In this document: positions 1 to 12,921 of the stretch, piece by piece
How positions within the stretch are numbered: position 1 is the first letter of the stretch
How the letters are laid out: each line of letters begins with the position of its first letter
NCBI RefSeq assembly: GCF_001194135.2
Contig: NC_069002.1
Span: 14,863,590-14,927,589, forward strand
DNA: 64,000 bases
DNA from: Octopus bimaculoides
Lineage: Eukaryota
Direction of reading: 5' to 3'
Position numbers and translations under genes: made by a program
Notes under the pieces: model-generated
What the model was told of the DNA's origin: nothing
Seen by the model: the letters and a program-made list of their open reading frames with translations, nothing else
Databases searched by the model: none

Positions 1-2869
1 AATCTTTTTTTGCAATTATTACGTGAGTTTAATTATAACCAGCTTGCTAACAAAAAAGAAAGGCTCTAAATGTTGATATATTCTATTAATTTTGTTTTTT
101 ATCGGAGAAAGCAATGAAATATAAACGTAAATGACTGCTTTTCCTTGTGGCATTTGTAACATGAGAGAAGGGAAATATTTTTTTCTACATGGATTCGAAA
201 CCAATTCGACACCTTGCTTCTTTCGTTTTACAAGCACTCACCATATTTTATTAGAGAAGACATGGGAGCCACAATGTGGCTGTCAGTCTGCTGGAAACAG
301 CTGCTAAATCTCCCACAACTCGCACTCCACCACCTTAAAAAGCTACATTAGATAATGTTAAGTGCTGAAATGTGGGGTGGTGGTAGGGTAGGATAGAACA
401 AAAACAGAATGGGGTGGTCATGGCTGGAATATCTAAATATATAGGATGGCCTGTGGCTAAACATGTGCAACAGCGACTATAATTACTGGGAGTCCCTATG
501 TGGTGACGCGACCTACTGGAAATAGCTGTCAAATCTCCGCTTTAAAAAAAGAGAGGGATATTGAATAATATGCTCCTTACTTTGATCAAAAGCTCAGCCC
601 TATCGTGGCCTAATTAAGGGGGGAAATAACAGTAAAATGAATATAAATGTGAAAAAAAAAAAAGGCGACATTTAAGTCTTTCGAGGAAATATATATATAT
701 CTTTGTTCATATTTGTTTATTGAATAATATTTTTCTATTTACTTTACACACAGGTATGAACATATATATATATCATCTACATATCTCATATACATGTATG
801 TGTATGTAATATATATATATATATATATATATATNNNNNNNNNNCTTACATATGTGTGTGGGGGGTGTCACTGCCATTTACCACACGTACACATACATTT
901 CTACCGAAATCGTGTAATCCAACACTGATTAGAAATTCACTGAAGAATTCTTCATTCGGTTTATAATTCCAAACTGAAAGTAGAAATAAATATTGACACA
1001 GTTTGTCAATGTCTTGTTCTGGGTGTCAAGGCTAATAGGCAGCCCAACCCCCCGATGTATTTGTTTATATTTTTCACACAAAAAAAAAGTGTTTTCAAAC
1101 TTTTCTTTTTTTTTTTTGTGAGATGAGATCATTCCCTTTTTTAAAATGCGAAGATTGCAATTCTAGAAAAAGAAAAAAGAACAAAAAAGAAATGTAATAC
1201 TGGAACCCATTGTCTTATATGTATAAAACAAAACAAGCCTCTACGTTGTGGCTCAGTTAACTAGAAATAACCATTCCTTGTTCATGTTAAAGGCTAATGC
1301 AATTATGGACTGTTTACTGGATCCAATTTAAACAACGAGAAACTTATCCCGGGTGCTCTGGGTGCTTACTTTATTGTACCTGGTACACATTGGGTATCTG
1401 TTACTCGACACTCCAGTTTTGTTTTTCTTTCTTTTTTCTTTAATTCAGTAATTTCATATTGTAAAGCAGACAAACATGTTTATTTTCTGGCCTGGAAACG
1501 TTAGCGTGCCGATCGTTTTTCCTAAAATCATATCACACCCTAGTCTTCGATACACTATGTTTGAAAAGACGAGATGATTGTTAGATCTATTTGATCAGAA
1601 CTGATTTGAATCTAAACAACAACACATGAATGAGATCCCCCAACTTAGTAGTTTGAATTGCTAGAAATAGCTGCCAAATCTGCTTGAATTTACTCCTACC
1701 ACATTAAAGGGAAAGAAACATCGGATCTTATGCCGTTCAGTCAGTGAGTCTGGTGTTGATATCACTGAAAACTAATGAAGTTAAACGTTCATCTTTCGAA
1801 AAATTAACGATTGTATTTTTACTTTGACAAAATCGCGAAGGGCTCCATCAAATAAATGTTTTTACTGTATAATTTTAGTTTCATCTCATTACGTTCTGGG
1901 TTCAAATCGTGACAGAATCGAGTACTAGCCGAATACTAGATCGATTTAAACCTGTGAGTTTGAGTTATTAATGTTTAAAACATCATTATGTTGCTATCTA
2001 GCTCCATGTCGAGAAGACCTATGGGCCACCCTGTTCGTCTTTTGTGAGTGATATCTAGTTAATAAAACTTTCATTTCATTATGAAAAATGTTGAAGTGAT
2101 TTTAGCAAGAAAAGGCTGCTATTTCTAGCTAGTCGAGCTACCATTTAGGGACTCCTGCTCTTCGTTTTTCATCCTTTGTCATTTAACTCGAATTAAACGG
2201 AAGTACAGGGATCATATCAATCGACGAGAACCCTACCTTACTAACTTGTGATCTTGTACCATTATAAGAAACTATTAATGTTGTCATTTTTCCTTCTTTG
2301 GAATTGGATCAACATATGATGAGACAAATATGAATAATGCTTCTTCCTCGCCGTTCTAAAATCTATCAGATGTTTGAATTCTTTGTATTTCGGTGAAGGA
2401 CAGCAATATTTTTCTTGGAGCTGTTTACACACACACACACATACACGTATATGAAGAAGACGGGAAAAAGTTGTAACGTCGCCTGTAAGATTCGAACACC
2501 GTGTCTGCTGTAAACTGTATGGTGTTGTTTAGCCCCAGGTCAGCCCAGATCGGGTATTCTAACTGTGATCATTCCTTGTAGTTTATCCGGAACTATAATA
2601 TCCATAATGACTTATTTTTTTAAAATACAATAATAGTTCGTAAACTGAAGTTTGGCTGTTATTTTTAGCATGCCGAGAGATCACATAGAGACAACACATC
2701 CTTTACATAGTGCTTGAAAGAATTTACATTAATTGCAGTAAAAATCCAGGGTCTGGAATATTTTCCTTTAAGAATCTCAAGAGGTTTGAATAAAACTAAA
2801 ATTACTCCCAAACATTTGTAGTAATTTTCCAGCATCTTACTCCACAAAATACTAATTTTTCTAGTTTGC

Positions 2870-3526
2870 CATCTTTAAATCTGTCTTCGACCATATTTCT
2901 TTCTTTCTCTCATATTATTAGTCTCTTCACAACCCTCACTATATCACTTTATTCTCTCTCTCTCTTTCTCTCCTGTATACCATCGCTTTATCTCTCTTTA
3001 AACTCTTACTTTATCCTGTCGCTTTTTTCATTACTCTGTCTTTCACTTTATTACTTCATTATCTCACCTTCTCCATTATCTTGTCAATCTCTAACCCCTT
3101 TACTATTTCACTCTTACTCTATCTACACACTCTCCCACCCAAATCTTACTCTTTTTCTCACCTCCCTCTTTCTCTTTATCTCCCTTACCTCCATTATTCA
3201 CTCTATCTCTTACCTTCCCTCTTCTATTAACACTCTGCTCTCTCTTCTTAAACTTCTCTTTGTGCTGAAAACCTCCGACTCTGCTCAAGCCTCCCCTTCC
3301 TCCTCTCATCTCTCTTTATAATAGTTGATTTTTTACTTCGTCCATCTCCATTTTCCCTCTCTATCTCACTCTTAGAACATCTACTGATTCCTTTCTTTTC
3401 CTTTTACCTTTCATTCTTTCTCCGTTTTTCCCCCTGCTTCAACCGTCTATATTGTTTGTTCTTCTCTATGTTTTTAATTTTTAATCCCTCTTCATCCCCG
3501 TCTTCGTAATTCTTCCTTCTCCATTT

Positions 3527-3561
<35 letters not shown>

Positions 3562-4026
3562 TAAATTAATGAATGACGTATGTAAAAACATTCACAATTA
3601 ATTGAAATTGTTTTGATTCTCACGTCATTTAGTACGTCACCCCTTGCCATAAACCCACAAGAAAACTTACCGTCTTCCTCTATTGCCACATTTTTACTTC
3701 TAATTCCTCTAACATTGTCACTCTACTTTAGTTCTATTAACAGTTTCGGTCAACTTTTGTTTTATTTTCTTGTTTTTAGTAAAATTTCATTCCATTCAGA
3801 TCAATTTTTCCCCTGTCTTTCTCTCTCTTTTTTTCTTCTCTCTGCAATATTCCTTATATTTCCTTTTCTCTTTCTTCTGCTCTCACGCTTCTTTCTCTTT
3901 CACTTCAACTCTAACACTATCACCTTTTTGTTTTTACTCTTTCTTATTTTCTCTCGTCTTTTTCTTCCTCCTCCATTATTCTCAGTGTTTTTCTTTATTT
4001 CTCTTCCTACTCCTCTCTTGCAACTT

Positions 4027-4065
<39 letters not shown>
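2870..4065 (+). repeat. About 1.2 kb polypyrimidine (CT-rich) low-complexity tract with (CT)n runs
   Basis: Strong C/T strand bias; (TC)n at about 3531-3556 and 4030-4060. Confidence 0.85.
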
Positions 4066-4850
4066 AAGTTCCTCACCATGCTACTGGATAAGCTATCAGC
4101 CACTAATGTACACCTGAACCCTTACTTCCCGAAGTGAGCCAAAAATCTCTATTTCTGTTTCTTTATTATTTTCTTCGCTTCTGTCGTCATTCTTCCTCCT
4201 TATCTTTCTTACGACTGTTGTTGTTTTAACTCAACGCCATTCTTAGATCAGAATGGAAGACTGTGACTTTCCATCCATCTCTGGGATGTTTTATAGCAAT
4301 ATAAATTAATCCAGTATTTAACTGACCTTATGTTTTATCGCCCCCGAAAGGATGAAAGGTAAAGTTGATCGAAATGTGATTTGATGACAGAATACTAATG
4401 AAGCTAAAATATTTTTCTCCGATTCAGCCGATCTGTACAGATTTTTTATGTACTTTTGATGTAAACATAACATATATGGCTATATTATCGAAGGTATCCT
4501 TTTAAAGAATAGTAAGGTGTGATTTGAGGAAGATTTCGCTGTTATTTCTAACAAGCCGAGCTTCCTCAAACTGCTTATCACCACGTCAGCAAGCTTATAA
4601 TCAAACAAGGGTACTACTAAAGCAGCGCGGCACCGAACGCGCAGTCGCGCGTCCGCGCTAGCTAGTCGTGAGTGGTCGATCCTAACCCTAACCCTAACCC
4701 TAAACACGTATTCATTTGCACACGCGGGTTAGGGATAGGATCGACCACTCAAGACTAGCTAGCGTGGACGCGCGACTGCGCGTTCGGGTCCGCGCTGCTT
4801 TAGTAGTACCCAAACAAGTTCCAGCCATGATCATCACGTCATTTATTCAA
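3570..4850. promoter_or_regulatory. Candidate promoter region: cluster of five TGACGT (CRE/ATF-type) hexamers
   Basis: TGACGT/ACGTCA at 3574, 3622, 3634, 4583 and 4836; no transcript evidence. Confidence 0.25.
4610..4810. mobile_element. 201-bp GC-rich hairpin MITE with ~85-bp TIRs and internal telomeric repeats; Merlin-like (GG ends, 8-bp TSD)
   Basis: Arms 4610-4694 and 4726-4810 are near-perfect reverse complements; CAAACAAG at 4602-4609 and 4811-4818; (CCCTAA)n at 4681-4703. Confidence 0.8.
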
Positions 4851-5554
4851 TCTAGATGGTCGCGACTGGAACCATCTTGTCTGATTTTTTTCTCTTTACG
4901 TACAGATTGCCCTTCATATTCTCTTCATCTGCTATGAGACAAGAGATTACAACAATTTCGACACTGACAATATCGTTCCTCCTGTGAGAACGGGACTCTT
5001 GGCTCCTCTTATCTATAGTGTAGCATGTTTTTTTCTTCTGTCATCCATGCAGCCACTCAAAGCCTATGAGAGGTGGGGTTCAGCCTTACTATAGATTGGG
5101 GCCCAGAGACCTAAAGAGGGGCCTGTGAATATCTGATGTCCCCATCCCACAAGAAAACTCAGGTTTTTTTTTTATTTTGAGGAGTCATTTCTCTCCACGT
5201 CTAGGGTCCAAAAGACATGTTCTTGTAAATTGTCTCCCAGGGATCTTACAACCACTGTACAAAACTATAACTATTCCAGCCATATAGCAACTATTCTGTA
5301 TCCCCAGATCCATCCTGATCCAGCGGACCTTGACTGGATCAGGATTGACAGAGCAACAACCTGGCATCTTCTGCACATTTTCCATCTGCTAAACTCCAAC
5401 TCCATCCACAAGGTATTGATCCACCTAAGCTGGACGTAACAGACACTTCCCCAAGACACCTCAGAGTGTAATCAAACCCCCGAATCATTTTGTGTGTATG
5501 CATGCATGTATGTATGTACATATCTGCATACATACGTATGTATATATGCATGTA

Positions 5555-6007
5555 CAGGTCGTTGTCAACTTATGATCTATCCGACTTTTGACCAATCAAC
5601 TTTACGACGATTGGCGTGTCAGCTTCTGGCATCAATAATCAATAGTCCATTTGAAATCTAATGGGTTTAATTTCTTAGAAATTAACCCGTCTATGGTTGA
5701 TGTCAGCTAACACGCTTCCCCTGGGTTTGGTTATCGATCGGCACTGTGTTGGATATCTATCCTGTCGTGGAGACATTGAGGCAACCTTGTATTTGTTTAT
5801 AAGACAACTGCATGAGACTCCGAAATTTTTGACTAACACCAGTATAACAGTACAATACAGAATGCTGTGTGTGACTTTTACCTGAGAATGTACCTTAATG
5901 TAAAAATATGAAACAAAGCTATGTAGGTCTCTAGGCTGACTTATGACCAAATCGACTTACAACCAGTCGGCTGGAACCAATTGTGGTTGTAAGTCGATGA
6001 TGACATG
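5555..6007. mobile_element. Tc1/mariner (Tigger/pogo-like) non-autonomous element
   Basis: TA|CAGGTCGTTGTCAACTTATGA ... GTTGTAAGTCGATGATGACATG|TA: imperfect TIRs and TA duplication. Confidence 0.6.
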
Positions 6008-6507
6008 TATTTATACGCACACGCATATATGTAAAAATGAATAAGAGAAAATGGATCGAGCAACATGCTTTATTGCATAGTACTACAGTTGTTTCATCAC
6101 TACTTTCTCAGATAATCAATGCTGAAATATTAACATATAAAATATAAAATGACACATCATCTCATTGTTATTATTCCAGCAATACTACTCCATTATGAAT
6201 CTTCAGACATCAGCACATATTTCTATACATACTCTACAAATATTCATAGATCTATATTCAGTGATAGGAACAATCTCAGTATAGAATGCATTTGTTAGCC
6301 AATACCCGTAGACAAGCTTTGTAAAGCATACTACATTGCTTTACACTCAAATTGAATGGACATGCATGCACATACGCATGTATGTCATTATTTAGTTTGA
6401 TTTCAAGATTTCCTGCCAATAGAGAAAGAGCCAGTTTCTAACCTAGATCCAAGGCTCCTTCATTGGAATTTTAACATCAACAACAGGGTATTTTTGTATG
6501 TATGTAT

Positions 6508-6892
6508 GTTGTTGTTGGCACTCCGTCGCTTACGACATAGAGGGTTCCAGTTGATCCGATCAACGGAACAACCTGCTCGTGAAATTAATGTGCAAGTCGC
6601 TGAGCACTCCACAGACACGTGTACCCTTAACGTAGTTCTCGGGGATATTCAGCGTGACACAGTGTGACAAGGCTGACCCTTTGAATTACAGGTACAACAG
6701 AAACAGGAAGTAAGAGTGAGAGAAAGTTGTGGTGGAAGAGTACAGCAGGGTTCGCCACCATCCCCTGCCGGAGCCTCGTGGAGCTTTAGGTGTTTTCACT
6801 CAATAAACACTCACAACGCTCGGTCTGGGAATCGAAACCGCGATCCTATGACCGCGAGTTCACTGCCCTAACCACTGGGCCATTGTGCCTCC
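6508..6892 (-). mobile_element. tRNA-derived SINE family B, full length
   Basis: Reverse complement of the 28070 and 55328 copies; tRNA head with A/B boxes; (CAA)n tail. Confidence 0.9.
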
Positions 6893-7228
6893 ACATGTAT
6901 GTATGTATAGGTGCAAATTTGTATATTTTGTTTTTTATGTATGTCTTCTCATGCATATACTTGTATGCATGCATGAGTGTATGTATTATGTACACATATA
7001 TAGATATGTGTATCTGTGTGTGCATGTGTAATCCATTGGAGAAGAACTTTCTTGGTGCAATCCCATGGTCAGTTATAACCAAAGAGGATCTTTGCTCTTT
7101 ACCTTTTATACAGATATAAAGAGAAAAAAAGAGAGAGAGAGTGTGTTTGGTGTTTGTTTTAGTGTTATTGCTGGTGCTTTACTGTTTTCTCTTTTTTATA
7201 TCTATTCATCTTTAGGTAAAAGTTAGTG

Positions 7229-7735
7229 AAGGCATGTGGCTCAGTGGTTAGGATATTCAGCTTAAGATCACAGGGTCGTGAGTTCGATTCCTGCTGGCAC
7301 TCTTCATTTCACATTGCTCCAGTACAATCAGCTGGCAAAAATCAGTTGTACCTGTAATTCAAAGGGGCCAGCTACATCACATTCTGTGTCACACTGAATC
7401 TCCCTGAGAAACTACATTAGCCCTTTCGTTACCAGCCCACCTGAAGCCGGCTCTGGCTCTGAGTACAAATGTCTTGTTTTCATAAGTTTTGAATTAAAAT
7501 CTTCCACCAAACCTTAGTCACAATTTATGTTCCTAACACCAGCTGAATGATAACTAAGTTATTTTATTAAATTCTTTGTTATATTCAAAATTAAGTGGAA
7601 GAAACACACAGCTTCTCAAAATAAATACAGTAACGAAAGGGTTAAGGGTACGTGTGTCTGTGATGTGCTCAGTCCCTTGCACATAAATTTCATGATCAGA
7701 TCAACTGGAATACTCATTATAACTGACAGAATGCC
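7229..7735 (+). mobile_element. Older tRNA-derived SINE (G-type head, B-type 3' half) interrupted by a MITE
   Basis: TGGCTCAGTGG and GTTCGATTCC boxes; GAGAAACTACA..TTAAGGGTAC continues across the insertion. Confidence 0.7.
7421..7641. mobile_element. piggyBac-like MITE (221 bp)
   Basis: TTAG|CCCTTTCGTTAC ... GTAACGAAAGGG|TTAA. Confidence 0.85.
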
Positions 7736-8551
7736 AGATAAAAATTCATGTTTCCATATCTATTATCTCTCTGTGTTAGGTCTTCTCCATACAAAACATG
7801 TGTCGATCAAAATATACCGACCTACTTAACATTTAATTATTTTTTTGTTTCCTTTTTGTTTTAACAGAGTTGCATTTAGATATAGAAATAATAATACTAA
7901 TAATAATACTAATAATAATATTCATGATATTCTAGAAATGTTTTGACTTATGGCTTCATTCCATAAATCTTTGCAAAACATAATTTCTCTTAGAAACTTT
8001 CTCATTTCCCTTAACTATTTTTAAAAGATGTGTGTGTGTGTGTTTGAGATTTTCTGTAAAGTATAAGAATTTACCCGTTTATTTATAGCAAGAAAATGTC
8101 TTATTTTCCTTTCTCTCAATCACCTCCACCCCTTTAAAGCTATTTTATGTTTCTGTTTGTTTTTATTTAATTTATTTTGGCAAACAAGATCAAATTATTT
8201 CCAGGGTAAAACAAAATTACTTATTTATTTATCTATGTTGCCAGAATTTTTCTCCTGAGTAGAGAAAAAATATGTGAGTATCGTTTTATAACTAACATTT
8301 TTAACTTGGATGGTTTAATTCTGTGAATATATCTGTTTGTTTGTTTGTCTGTTTGGTGTTGTTCTGGAGTTTATACTTATACTTTATTCCTAAATGTTTG
8401 AAATGACATTCCTTCAGCTTTCAGAAACAACTCACTTTAGGTTTATTTCATATAAGAATTTGGTTCCCTATGTCAGTTTGTTGTAGAGCAACAGTTCACA
8501 GTCTTTTAAGCTTCCTGCACACACGAAATTTTAAAAATATTTGCTGCATAT

Positions 8552-8713
8552 AGGCGCAGGAGTGGCTGTGTGGTAAGTAGCTTGCTTACCAACCATATGG
8601 TTCCGGGTTCAGTCCCACTGCGTGGCACTTTGGGCAAGTGTCCACTACTATATCCTCGGGCCGACCAAAGCCTTGTGATTGGATTTGGTAGACGGAAACT
8701 GAAAGAAGCCCGT

Positions 8714-8752
<39 letters not shown>

Positions 8753-9015
8753 NNNNNNNNNNNNNNNNNNNNNNNNNNNNNNNNNNNNNNNNNNNNNNNN
8801 NNNNNNNNNNNNNNNNNNNNNNNNNNNNNNNNNNNNNNNNNNNNNNNNNNNNNNNNNNNNNNNNNNNNNNNNNNNNNNNNNNNNNNNNNNNNNNNNNNNN
8901 NNNNNNNNNAAGTACTAGGCTTACAAAGAATAAGTCCTGGGGTCGATTTTCTCGATTAAAGGCGGTGCTCCAGCATGGCCGCAGTCAAATGACTGAAACA
9001 AGTAAAAAGAGAAAA
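8552..9015 (+). mobile_element. tRNA-derived SINE family A with internal (TA)n microsatellite (gap 8753-8909)
   Basis: GGCGCAGGAGTGGCTGTGTGGTAAG head; GGCGGTGCTCCAGCATGGCCGCAGTCAAATGACTGAAACAAGTAAAAGAG tail shared with many copies. Confidence 0.9.
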
Positions 9016-9354
9016 AAGAGAAAGAGATATCACATGGAGATTAAAAGCAGAAAGGTAAAAAACCATGTGCAGGTGTGGCTGTGTGATAAGAAGCTTGCTT
9101 CCCAACCACATGGTTCTAATAGTTTGGGTTGACCCTTTTGAATTTCAGTGTTTTGGATAGGGCAGTAAAGATCTGATTTTTGGCAGGGTTCTGATTGATA
9201 CTTGAGAATTCACATCATGTGAACTGATTCAATGCTGTAAATATTATTTACTGGGGTTTGTTGATGGAGACCATCACTGTTTTTGTTCTTTTTTCAGTTT
9301 TGAATTATATAATACAGGATAAGGATTATCTGTTTCCTTCAGTCAGTATTGATC

Positions 9355-9528
9355 ACCCACTACACTCTTGGAGTGGTTGGCGTTAGGAAGGGCATCCAAC
9401 TGTAGAAACTCTGCCAAATCAGACTGGAGCCTGGTGTCACCTCCTGGTCCACCAGTCCTCAGTCAAATCGTACAACCCATGCTAGCATGGAAAACGGACG
9501 TTAAACAACAGTGATGATGATGATGGTG
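9355..9528 (+). mobile_element. RTE-clade LINE 3' end (5'-truncated) with (GAT)n tail
   Basis: Same 3' UTR that follows the RTE ORF2 remnant at 47008-48076. Confidence 0.8.
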
Positions 9529-10272
9529 GTGACAAATACCCAAGTAGGTAACCAAGCACTCAGATCACTGGAGATGGACGGACCCTCCCCCATCCCACTA
9601 AGTTCTTCAACACTCAACCCTAACTGTCTTCTTAGTAAAGACCGTTGTGCATGATTACAATTGACCCACCTCTTAACTAAGGGTTAGATGATAGACTTAC
9701 TATTTTGTGTCTGGGGGGTAGGGGACAGAAAAAAATAAGGGAAACAAGCCTAACAGAAAAGAAATATTAGAGGGAAATCCCACTGATAATTCCTTGTTAA
9801 ACTCTGCCAAGTGTCAAGCAGCGTCAGTGTCCAGTTTTATATGGAACCATCTTGACCATGTCTTGCCATTAGATCCAGATGATTCAAGGTGAGAAAGTGT
9901 GGATGAAGCTGTGCAAGTTTTACCACCATAAAACCGAGTTTTGGTTTTGTTATAAGCCAACTAACCTGACCCTCTTGGTACCAGAGACAGCTGACCTTTC
10001 ATAGAAACAGCCAGGGTACCATATATGCCAACAATAAAATACCACTGCCTCTTCTTCCATAAGTTCTTCTCTTGCACTGTCACATAGAAGGTGTTGTTTT
10101 GGGGTGGGTGGTGGGGGCAAGGGAAAGCAACCAACATCCTCCAGTTCCCCCCTCATAGCTTCTACTTTCAAACACTACATATGTAGAGTCATCATCTTCA
10201 TCGATTGATGATGCATTAGAATAATGAGTTACACGTTCTTAGTAATTATCAAATGTATTAAAGTGCAGTTAC

Positions 10273-10678
10273 ACTTTTACTCTTTTACTTGTTTCAGTCA
10301 TTTGACTGTGGCCATGCTGGAGCACCGCCTTTAGTCGAGCAAATCGACCCCAGGACTTATTCTTTGGATGCCTAGTACTTATTCTATCGGTCTCTTTTTG
10401 CCAAACCACTAAGTTACGGGGACATAAACCCACCAGCATCGGTTGTCAAGCGATGTTGGGGGGACAAACACAGACACACAAACATATACACACACATACA
10501 TATACATATACATACATATATACGACGGGCTTCTTTAAGTTTCCGTCTACCAAATCCACTCACAAGGCTTTGGTCGGCCCGAGGCTATAGTAGAAGACAC
10601 TTGCCCAAGGTGCCACGCAGTGGGACTGAACCCGGAACCATGTGGTTGGTAAGCGATCTACTTACCACACAGCCACTC
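10273..10678 (-). mobile_element. SINE family A, full length, antisense
   Basis: Reverse complement of the 8552 and 16385 copies. Confidence 0.9.
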
Positions 10679-11179
10679 ACCATTGAATGGATTTTTTTTA
10701 ATATTTAGGAAATGAAAAAACAAAAACAAAAATACAGTCTTTACTCTTTATTTTATTAGTTTCAGTCTTAGGAGTGTGGCCTAGCTGGAGTACCAACTTT
10801 ACAGATTTTAGTTGTTTATATTGTATGGACTCTAATACTATGGTACTTAGTACATCTTGTCAGGTATAAAATGTGAGGTGGCACTGTTGTGAAGGGACAT
10901 AATTTTGTTGAACTTGAATAGCACAAGACATTTCTGTTTAAATGTACCAGTTCTCAACCATGCTGGTATAAACACTCATTGACTCAAACACACATACGCA
11001 CATGCAATTGGCGTTTACCAAACACTGCATGTGTAAGAGAAGACACTTGCCCAGAGTGCTGCCATGCTGTGGAATGGAACCCAGAACCAACTGGGTGCCA
11101 AGTAAACTTCTTAAGCACTCATTCAGCCATAACTGTGTTCTATTCTTTGAAAGAATATTTATCTTTCTTTTATTCTTTT

Positions 11180-11850
11180 ACTCTTTTCAGTCATTTTGAT
11201 TGCAGCCATGCTGGAGCACTGCCCTTGAAGTGTTTTGGTCGAACAAATTGACCCCAGGACGAATTTATTTTTAAGCCTACTACTTATTCTATTGGTTCCT
11301 TTTACTGAATCACTAAGTTACAGGGACATCAACACACCAACACTGGTTGTTAAGCAGTAAGGGGGGGGGGGTAAGACAAATAGACACAGACACGCACACA
11401 TACATGCATGCACACACATATATATGTGTGTGTTTGTGTCTGTATTTCTCCTACCACCAGGCTTCTTTCAGTTTCTTATCTCTTTACTGCCCACAAGGGG
11501 CTAAACATAGAGGGGACAAACAAGGAGAGACAAACGGATTAAGTCGATTATAACGACCCCCAGTGCGTAACTGGTACTAATTTAATCGACCCCGAAAGGA
11601 TGAAAGGCAAAGTCGGCCTCGGCGGAATTTGAACTCAGAACGTAGTGGCAGACAAAATACTGCCAAGCATTGCGCCCGTTGTGCTAACGTTTCTGCAATC
11701 TTGCTGCCAGGCTTCTTTCAGTTTCAGTCTACCACATCCACTCACAAGGCTTTGGTCAGCCTAAGGCTATTATAGAAGACTTGCCCAAGGTGCCATACAG
11801 TGCGACTGAACTCTGAACCATGTGCTTAAAAAGCAAGCTTCTTACAGCTT
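11180..11850 (-). mobile_element. Diverged SINE family A carrying a nested family C SINE
   Basis: Family A sequence resumes after the insertion at 11476-11706. Confidence 0.8.
11476..11706 (-). mobile_element. tRNA-derived SINE family C (central domain GAGGTCGACTTTGCCTTTCATCCTTTCGGGGTCG, Meta/MESC-like by recall)
   Basis: 19-bp TSD CCAGGCTTCTTTCAGTTTC at 11457-11475 and 11707-11725. Confidence 0.88.
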
Positions 11851-12174
11851 TTTAATTATCGTTTTTTTTCTTTTAAAATCACAAGTCAACCATTTCTACA
11901 AATTGTTTTCAGTGGTAAGGCCAGGTCAATCTTGTTTAAATATAAATTCAAGTTTTAGTTTGTCAGACTGAAGTACAACATTTTGTTTGTCTCTGACCTT
12001 GTGTCACTATGAGAAGGTTAGGTTTGTTGATTAAAGGTGTTTGTTATATTTAAAGGTGATATCACTTGTCATATTGTTTATTTTAGGGTTTTTTTATCTG
12101 TTTTATACAGAAAGTAAGAGTTTAAGGAATGTTGAATAAGTTCTGTTGAAATAACAATTTGAAAGTAAGTTTAA

Positions 12175-12643
12175 TCCATTCGCATTTAAACTGGTCCTAT
12201 CCAGCTCAGACAGTCTACGCTTTTATGTTGAATCTAACTAGATGAAACCTCTTACACCTGCCCTACAATCTCATTCTAAAAATAAACAATCTCATCATTG
12301 AAACCACAAAGCTATGAGATACTGCATGATTAATTCAAAACATTGTGAATAAATGGTGGCACGTAAAATACACCATTTTGAGCGTGGCCATTGCCAGTAC
12401 TGCCTGACTGGCCTTCGTGCCAGTGGCATGTAAAAGCACCCACTACACTCTCAGAGTGGTTGGCGTTAGGAAGGGCATCCAGCTGTAGAAACTTTGCCAA
12501 ATCAGATTGGAGCCTAGTGTAGCTATCTGGTTTCACCAGTCCTCAGTCAAATCGTCCAACCCATGCCAGCATGGAAAGCGGACGTTAAACGATGATGATG
12601 ATGATGATCATGATACATCTGACGGGATAATCTGCTAAATGGG
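12175..12643. mobile_element. piggyBac-like MITE interrupted by an RTE 3' end
   Basis: TTAA|TCCATTCGCA ... TGCTAAATGGG|TTGA degenerate TIRs. Confidence 0.5.
12356..12613 (+). mobile_element. RTE-clade LINE 3' end
   Basis: GGAAGGGCATCCAGCTGTAGAAAC ... GGACGTTAAAC(GAT)n. Confidence 0.85.
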
Positions 12644-12712
12644 TTGAAGTTTCAGCTCCTCTACCCAAGCAGAGAACAGAAATCCTTCTCCCACTAAAAT
12701 GTTATAATCTAA

Positions 12713-12921
12713 TCCTTTTGTTACCAAATTTCTTTTGAAATGCACCACCTTTGTTTTAACTGATTTTAAAAATTAGTAAGAGCGACTTTGTCATTATCAA
12801 ACTGGTGTTTGGAATATAAATGAACATGAAATTTTGATGGATGGTTTTAATTTTTCGATCACTTTAGTACAAAGAAGTCATGGAACCAGGGATAATTTTA
12901 AGCTGGTTGGTATGAAAAGGG
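12713..12921. mobile_element. piggyBac-like MITE related to 7421-7641 (opposite orientation, diverged)
   Basis: CTAA|TCCTTTTGTTACC ... GGTATGAAAAGGG|TTAA; internal similarity. Confidence 0.6.

Noticed and set aside
2866-4137. 151-174 aa Leu/Ser/Phe-rich ORFs resembling membrane proteins
   Set aside because: Artefact of the CT-rich tract, which lacks stop codons.
5185-5459. Overlapping 60-70 aa ORFs in a locally GC-richer patch
   Set aside because: No recognisable domain or splice-consistent exon; cannot support a call.
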